From Octopus vulgaris (taxonomy: Eukaryota): 64,000 nt of DNA. Below are positions 55,506 to 64,000 of this stretch, in pieces. The stretch's first letter is position 1. Each line of letters opens with the position of its first letter. Made by a program: the position numbers and the translations under genes. The notes beneath the pieces are model-generated. The model was not told where the DNA came from. It worked only from the letters and a program-made list of their open reading frames with translations, and searched no databases. The DNA lies in NCBI GenBank assembly GCA_951406725.2, contig OX597825.1, positions 84,072,001 to 84,136,000 of the forward strand, in the 5' to 3' direction.

Positions 55506-55906
55506 AGCGGAGTGGCTGTGTGGTAAGTAGCTTGCTTACCAACCACATGGTTCGGGTTTCAGTCCCCACTGCGTGGCACCTTGGGCAAGTGTTTTCTACT
55601 CTAGGCTCGGGCCGACCAAAGCCTTGTGAGTGGATTTGGTGAACGGAAACTAAAAGAAGCCCGTCGTATATATGAATATAGGCATGTGTGTGTGTGTGTG
55701 TGTGTGTCTGTGTTTGTCCTCCCCTCCAACATCGCTTGAAAACCGATGATGGTGTGTTCACGTCCCCGTAAATTAGCGGTCCGGCGAAAGAGACCGATAG
55801 GATAAGCACTAGGCTTACAAAGAATAAGTCCTGGGATCGATTTGCTCAACTAAAACCAGTGCTCCAGCATGGCCACAGTCAAATGACTGAAACAGGTAAA
55901 AGAATA
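55506..55906 (+). mobile_element. SINE family A, full length
   Basis: Collinear with 12082-12497 and includes the terminal GAAACAGGTAAAAGAATA. Confidence 0.92.
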
Positions 55907-56169
55907 ATTATCATACAGTTGGTAAAATAACTCCATGTTGAAATGATTTTTATATAAGATACAGCTTATATTTCGAATCTTTGTGTCTCATGAAATATCT
56001 AAACATATAGAGAAGGAAGAAAGCAAGGTGTATTTATGACAAATACCTAGATTGTAATGACGTCATAACAAAACTACAAGAATTATGTCAAAATACAAGA
56101 ACAACAACGTAAAAACAAAGAATAATTTACTGAATCTATTACCACTCACCCTGAACAAATTTGAAGAGA

Positions 56170-56320
56170 ACGTAATCAAATGCGTTTGAAACGTGGGTGC
56201 AGAGAATATTATGGATCTCTTATAAGGACCGTCGGACAAATGAATGGGTGAAAGGTTACAACTTCTGAAAATTGTGAAAAAAAGCCAGACACTCTTCGGT
56301 CAGGATCGACCGTGGTATTG
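56170..56320 (+). mobile_element. RTE-like ORF2 fragment
   Basis: AFETWVQRILWISYKDRRTNEWV..LLKIVKKSQTLFGQ (cf. AFEMW..RRML.ISW..R.TNE.V). Confidence 0.65.
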
Positions 56321-57900
56321 CACCTGGAATGTTACCCTCCGAGATGCAGGTCCGGGCATGTTTGTTTATGGAAGACCAACAGTCGCCCATGCATACCAGC
56401 TTCCTTTCTCCACGCCACCGATGTTATCCAAGGGAAAGGAAAAAGGGGCCGATATAGCTTGGCACCTGAGACGTCGCATCTCATTTCTACAGCTGAGTGA
56501 ACTGGAGCAACGTGAAATAAATAATTCTTCTCCACAACACAACACACAATCCGGTCCGGGAATAGAATTCACGACTTACGATTGATCAAGCGGTCCTGAA
56601 CTGCATTGAAAACCCGGATTGGCCTCCGCAGGTTGCTGCGGAAGTCATGGCGGGAAAATATTTCCACAGAGTGATAGATTCCTTTACCAAGGATGAATAT
56701 AATTATCTTTTATGGGGCCCCGGCTTTCGACTGCAGGCGGCAAGAGACTTAATCTGGGAGGTAGAGTAAGAGGTCCTAGTGCCTCGATTCGAACTTGGTT
56801 ATTTTGGTAAGAGCCTCAGCGCCTCAAGTTGAATATATTTTGCTTAACTTTGTTTTGATTGGTAAGAGGCTCAGCCCCCTCAATTTGGGTTGTAAGAAGT
56901 TTAATACCTCATTCGTGTTTTAAAAAAAGGAACAATGTTAACGGGAAGTAACAATCGGTGGGCGTTGGCTGCTTCCCCCACCAACCATCTCTTTTTTCAT
57001 TCCATCATCATCATTATGTCTGTGTCCAGTCCGCAAGCTTCCATCTGTATTATGCCTTTATGGCAAATGTAATGAAATAAAGGCAGCTGGACAAGTCGCG
57101 CTTTATCGGGCAGACTTTGGTGTGTCTTCAATGCGCTGCAGGCGTACGAGACATGACGGCAATGATTGCCCTCCCACACATCTCTTTAATTTTAAAATAT
57201 CTAGCATGAAATGATGTCACAATAGAAATATATTAGAAGTTTCAGCCAAAAAAGAAAAAAGAAAAAACCAGAAAAAAGTCACAGTGAACGCTAATTTTGC
57301 TAAATCTATTCTTTTTAATTCTCTTATTTTAAAAAATTTGATTCATATGACGTCATAACTAAATGGTTTTATAATCAAACAAAATATCGGGACTTCTGAA
57401 ATCATTGAAAATTTATTTAGATTACGAATTAATTGCTTTAATGAAATTATTCCTTTATCGACGAAAGAAAACCACATTAATATTCTATACACTCACACAG
57501 CATACAAACACATACATTGATATACATAAATGACTTACACTCATTAATCTACATATTTACATATATGCTTACACACAAATAAAGATACATACATAAGATA
57601 CATACATATAAAAACACACGCATATGATTACAAAGCTTCTGTTATTGATGATATTTATTTTTATTGAACGTAAAATGACGAGCGATAAAAAGCAACATTT
57701 TAGACAATCCACTTCTGAAAGAAAAGATACAATCAAAAGAAATATATCTATCTCAGCAGTTTGTTCTTGTTACAAATGTTATGTTTAATATGAGGACGAA
57801 ACGGAAAACGTGGATTCGTGGCATTCATTATTTTCTCATTAACATTTTAAACGACAATGATGCGTGACAATTCCAAAAGCAGAAGTGGAATTCATTCTGG

Positions 57901-58573
57901 ATTTATGACATAAAATGTCCTCTAGTATTAGCCAGAGCTAATAATGACAAACTTTAATTACTAAATATTGTTAAACACACCTCTGTTAATGCAATATACA
58001 CAAGCAATTCTCTTTAAATACATTTTATCATAATTTCCAAAATGTTTCACGTATGAAGAAAATTTAAATACTATATCCTATTTTAACTCCTAAGACACCT
58101 GTCAAAATCAAAAAAGCATGAATAAAAAACTTTGGCAGTTTCTGGAGAATTTTCCACAGTGCATTTCTATTAATGGTATCAAAGGCTTTTGTCAGATCGA
58201 CAAAAACCTGATATAAAACCAGTCATTGTTCCACACACTTCTCCTTAAACTATCGAGCTGAAAGATCACACCAGCGGTCCCGCGTCCCACGCGAAAGCCA
58301 GATATGCATTATCAGGGCATATCAGGGCATTAAAGTAGATTGTTAGAATTAGTGAAATGTTGGCCTGGATGGCATTTGAACATTAATCCATTGCTCGTCA
58401 CGAGCCCCGTTTGAGGATTTTCTTAAAACAGTCCCACTTCCGGTTGTTCGTTGTATTTAAAGAGAATTGCTTGTGTATATTGCATTAACAGAGGTGTGTT
58501 TAACAATATTTAGTAATTAAAGTTTGTCATTATTAGCTCTGGCTAATACTAGATGACATTTTATGTCATAAAT
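57901..58573. repeat. 122-bp inverted repeat pair (57901-58022 / 58452-58573)
   Basis: One mismatch in 122 by manual alignment. Confidence 0.93.
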
Positions 58574-59042
58574 CGCAATTTTTGACAACAAAAATACTGA
58601 CTGTTTTCAAAAGTTAGCATTTTCTATCTATATCATTCATTGATATTTCATACACATTCGCATTTCATACTCTAGTTCCAAAAAACCTAATATGTTTATT
58701 ATTGCAATTGAAGGATAAATAGGCTTTTTTCCAGCAATCCCTATTTGGGACTTTTCGAGAAATTTATCATAATTTCCAAAATGATTCACGTATGAAGAAA
58801 ATTTAAATACTATATCTTATTTTAACTCCTAAGACACCTGTCAAAATCAAAAAAGTATGAATAAAAAAATTTGGCAGTTTCTGGAGAATTTTCCACAGTG
58901 CATTTCTATTAATGGTATCAAAAGCTTTTGTCAGATCGACAAAAACCTGATAAAAAACCAGTCACTTTTCCACACACTTCTCCTTAAACTATCTAGCTGA
59001 AAGATCACACCAGCGGTCCCGCGTCCCACGCGAAAGCCAGAT
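58024..59042. repeat. 280-bp direct duplication (58024-58303 / 58763-59042)
   Basis: About 9 mismatches by manual alignment. Confidence 0.93.
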
Positions 59043-59062
59043 TGACTTTCTGGAAGAAGACA
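58865..59062 (-). mobile_element. RTE-clade RT fragment, partly duplicated at 58125-58303
   Basis: [19 protein letters not shown] / LYQVFVDLTKAFDTINRNALWKILQKL on the minus strand. Confidence 0.88.
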
Positions 59063-59063
59063 A

Positions 59064-59096
<33 letters not shown>

Positions 59097-59141
59097 ACGC
59101 AAACCATCCTCCATATTTCTCTCTATATATGTATATATGTA

Positions 59142-59194
<53 letters not shown>

Positions 59195-59198
<4 letters not shown>

Positions 59199-59577
59199 TT
59201 TTATTCTTTTACTTATTTCAAGCATTTGACTGCGGCCATGCTGGAGCACCGCCTTTAGTCGAACAAATTGACTCCAGAACTTATTCTTTGTAGGCCTAGT
59301 ATTTATTCTATCAGTTTTTTTTGCCGAACTGCTTGGTTATGGGGACTCAAACACACCAAAACCCGTTTCCAAGCGATGGTGATGGTGGGGAAACAAACAC
59401 AAGCACACACACTCGTATACATACGACCGACTTCTTTCAGTTTCCTTCTACCAAATCCACTCCCAAGGCTTTGGTCGGCCCGAGGCTATAGTGGAAAACA
59501 CTTGCCCAAGGTGCCAGGCACCCGGAACCATATGGTTGGGAAGCAAGCTTCTTAACACACAGCCACTCCTGCGCCTA
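59195..59577 (-). mobile_element. SINE family A, near full length
   Basis: Reverse complement of the family-A consensus, with a small deletion in the head. Confidence 0.9.
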
Positions 59578-59964
59578 TATACATACACAGACAGACACAC
59601 ATAATTTGGATTATGAAGAAAGTCACCAATTAATTGTCGAATATAGCAGTTCTGTAAATGAATTTATCTTCGATATACACAGCCATATTCAAATATATCG
59701 ATCGAAAAACATGCTCCAGCTTGGCCGCAGCCGAATGACTAAAACCAATAACAGAATGCAAGACCATACAATAGCACTGTATGACTCATGGAGATTCTCT
59801 GTAAGTAACGATGAAGTTTCTAATTAGAGTTTTCTCAAATATAGAATGGCTATTTTCGTTCAGTGATAGTTTCGTAACGTGACATAAATATACTTTAATA
59901 AACTGCCATATTAATTTACATAACCGCTGCCTTCAACATTTAATTGCCCACACTGATCGCATTG

Positions 59965-60006
<42 letters not shown>

Positions 60007-60187
60007 ACAGACACAGACACAGACACAGACACACACACAAACACACACATACACACATATATATGCATAGGTATAGATATATGTCTATATCTCTATATGT
60101 ATACACACATACAGGCACACACACGTAATATGTATATATATATAATATATATATATATATATAATATGTATATATATATATAATATG

Positions 60188-60227
<40 letters not shown>

Positions 60228-61946
60228 GATATATACATACATACACACATATATATATATGCATGCATAGATATTTGTCTATATATATCTATCGATATAT
60301 CTTTTATCTATATATAAATCATCATACACACACACAGACAGACACATACACACACAAACACACACACATATACATACATATATATATATATGCATAGGTA
60401 TAGACATTTGACTACATATCTATCATCTCTCTACATGTCTTTATCTCTATACGTAAACATACACACATACAGACACACAAACAGATATACACAGACACAC
60501 ACACACAGACAAAAACACACACACAGACAAAGACACATACACACACAGACACGCATATGCTTTACACACGCACACACATATATGGGCGGAATTGATTATT
60601 TCAAATAACTACTGTTTGAAGTTAAAAAAAAAACTGGATAGAAGGTTTATAATTTTAAATAGATATATACCTATGAAGAATTTGAATAAAATTTATTGAT
60701 TAGAGAAAAATGAAAGAAAGACGAAATATTTATTCAATGATTCCAGTATGGAGGAAGCATCGATATTTATAGACTATCAAATTATAAAGTTCGATTAAGA
60801 CCCGTTCTGGGGTTTCCTAGTATAAACCAGCAGACTCACGTAAACATAAATATTATGGTCCACTGAAGTAAACCACCGCCTTCACTAGCAAGGGCACACT
60901 CCTCAATATGCTACAAGCAGGAGGTGCTGCATTGAGGCCCCTTATTCTTCCTAATACAACTGTTTTCGATTCCTTGAACAAGTTAATCTATTCCTCCGTG
61001 GGTGATAAGATAAATACACAGGATTGGAGCCAATAAAATGAAGTACCAATCAAGTAATGGCGTTCCACAAAATAAAGTACAGTTCAAGAAAGGAAGTCCT
61101 TCTTCTTCTTCTTCTTCTTCTTCTTCTTCTTCTTCTTCTTCTTCTTCTTCTTCTTCTGTATCGTCCTTGGAGCGATAGAAGACCAAAATCAACGACAGCA
61201 GGATTCGAACGCTGATATAAAATGTCGCTGCTTAAATAATCCAGCATATTTGTTTCCTTTGTTGACCAATGTAATCGACCAGCCCCACCCCCCACTTGCT
61301 TTTAGACCATAATGCAGGCTTCAATACGAATGCGAACTCAGTCCCTAATTCACAAAGGAAGTCAATGGAGGTGAGTTGAGGTGGGGCTCCAAATGGTTTT
61401 TTTTTAAACTGCTAAGAATAGCAGCTAACTGTTCATTAAATTATAAAGTCATATCTTTGAAGGATACACAGCATGATGGAATCTTAAATTTATTCTGCCC
61501 GGGAGAAAAAGAAAATGAAAAAAAAAAAAGAAGCTAATACGACAGAATGGTCAGGCTGGAACGCTTTTGATATGAGATCCGGATCAGGTGTGATGTTGGG
61601 TTAAAGACAGTACAACCACAACACTGAAACGAATGTACTGTTATAATGACTTGCAGCCCCTTATTCCTGTATAATTGGAATCGAAACGGTGGGAAAAACT
61701 TACTTTCGGAAAAAGAAGAGAAAGGAAGGAGAGTGAGATGAAGCAGATGTTTTGAGATAAGACCAAAGAAGTGGTCATTGTTCGTGTAATTGCTTTCTGG
61801 CAGCACAACATCAGCAATGGCCATTACACAATATAGAGATACAATAGCTGCAATTATTTCAGTATGTGCGTGTATATATATACATATATATACACACATA
61901 TATATATATACATGTATACTTACACGCAAATACATATATACATACT

Positions 61947-61987
<41 letters not shown>

Positions 61988-62083
61988 CATACACACCCAA
62001 TACACACATAAATATATATACACAGATATATCTATATATATACGCATATATACATTATATTATATGTATTATATATATATATC

Positions 62084-62134
<51 letters not shown>

Positions 62135-62257
62135 TATATATATATACATATTTATACATATATACACACATATGTAAATGAATGTTTATGTATATTTATA
62201 TATGTACATTCACACGTACACATATATGCATACATTCATATAACGCCTATGTGTGTG

Positions 62258-62314
<57 letters not shown>

Positions 62315-64000
62315 GTTTATATATATGTATGTTTACTTATATATATGTATATATATATATATATATGTGTGTGTGTATATATATGTATGTATATATATTT
62401 ACTGTGTAAAACAATTTGTGCTGTGATAATGCGTTGCTGGAGATTAGTTACTATAACATAATTCTTAGAAAAATTCATAAATGAATGTAACCGATTATAT
62501 ACACCCCCTATTAAATAAAAATATCATTATACACCATTGACACCGACAATATCTCATGCCTACACGTTTCTGGAGAATTATTGATTTTAAGTGACTCTAC
62601 AAAACCATTCTATACAAGTACAACTTTTATAAGAAAAGGTTTTTGTGGATTGAGACGCCATAATTGAATGCTGTCGAATATTGGGTTTGCAGCGAGTCAT
62701 TCGTCTTTCTAGAAATAGCAGCCAAATGTCTACGGTAATCATTGCTGTACCGTTTTTGAAACATTTTAACTTTTACCTGTTTCGGTTCTTGAAGTGCAGC
62801 CATGCTGGGGTACCACCAAGAAGGATTTTAGTCAAATAAATCTAGGGTTCCCTAGTATAAACCTGCATACTCACGTTCACGTAAACATTATAGTCCACTG
62901 ATGAAAGCCACCGCTTCCACGAGCAAAGGAACACTCCCCAATATGCTTCAAGTAAGATGTGCCTCCTTCAGGCCACTTATTCTTCCTATTACGACTGTAT
63001 GTGACTCCTTAATCGAACTTTATAATTTGACTGTCTATAAATATCGATGCTTCCTCCATACTTTATTTTTTAAAAATCTGGTACTCATTCTATCGGTCGT
63101 TTTCCGAACTGCTATGTCACGGGGACGTAAATAAACCAACGCAGCTTGAGATCCATCTATGTATTAAGTAGATTTTTATCTACCCTTTCGGAAATTGATG
63201 CATGAACTAAGATTCGAAGAGAACGGTACAAGGTGAACAACTCCAAGGTGAACAACTCCAAGAAGTGATTTTGATAATTCTTTCATGGACACTCAGCGTG
63301 ATGAACCAGCCTAAACTCGCATCTCCAATTCAAAACTATTTGTAGCTCCATACGGTATATATATATATATAGGAAATTTAAGGAGGAAAATGCACACAAT
63401 TTACATAGTTTTAATAATACTTAAAATTTTTTTAATATTTATTACAACTCACCACGTGGGGATAACCGAAATTCCTCCCTTTCTATTACTATATATATAT
63501 ATGTACACACAGACACACACCCATATGTATGCATGCATGTGTGTCTGTATGTATGCATCTATGCATGTATGTATATATGTATGTATGTATCGAATGATCA
63601 GTTTTCCATTCTAACAACTGCACTGAGGTGGATTAATAAACCCAAAACTTGTGCGTTGCGTTGTTTCCATCAGATGGTTATAATAATGAAATCCATTATT
63701 ATCCATGCAGTCTATATTTTCTCGTTGAAGCTATCTGTCTTGCTTGTCTTTAGATATTAAAAACATATCTGGATGAAGTCTTTACCAAGTAATTAAATAT
63801 TCGTACGTAATTTGAGTTTTCCAACTCACAATGTTACAAGGATGAAACCTTAGGGAAACCTCTGTCTCTTTCTTTCTCTTTCTCTCTCAGTAATAAATTG
63901 GCGAGATGTGTATAAGAGACATCGAAGTTGCTAATCTATTGGAATGACATGACAAACGCATTACTCCGTCATTACGTACAATTCAATTTGTTCTGCGTTA

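Noticed and set aside
60975-61100. SNGVPQ motif and the hydrophobic minus-strand ORF 60983-61192
   Set aside because: The four-residue RT-like match lacks the following GSVLGP, and the ORF is extended by a (CTT)n repeat.

Overview
This is repeat-saturated, AT-rich animal genomic DNA, not prokaryotic. The SINE families and extreme microsatellite load point to an octopod cephalopod such as Octopus, which is an inference. It has one 100-N scaffold gap (693-792). Almost every ORF in the supplied track is a microsatellite artefact. I recognise no host protein-coding gene; there are only a few candidate + strand exons (best: 42407-42538). The rest is at least three tRNA-derived SINE families, RTE, CR1-like, R4/Dong-like and L1/Tx1-like LINE remnants, a Penelope RT remnant, Tc1, mariner and DD37D(maT)-like transposase remnants, and piggyBac-like and Tigger-like MITEs. 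The most interesting signal is a set of minimal type I hammerhead-ribozyme motifs (CUGAnGA...GAAA with a palindromic helix III) in about five unrelated short repeat families. One copy is apparently intact (7786-7827, minus strand). One family appears to be the 3' tail of a tRNA-headed SINE, and two families fold back on themselves at the ribozyme core. Several recent local inverted or direct duplications and an 18-nt match to the Tn5 mosaic end are also present. All coordinates were read by eye, and repeat boundaries are approximate.
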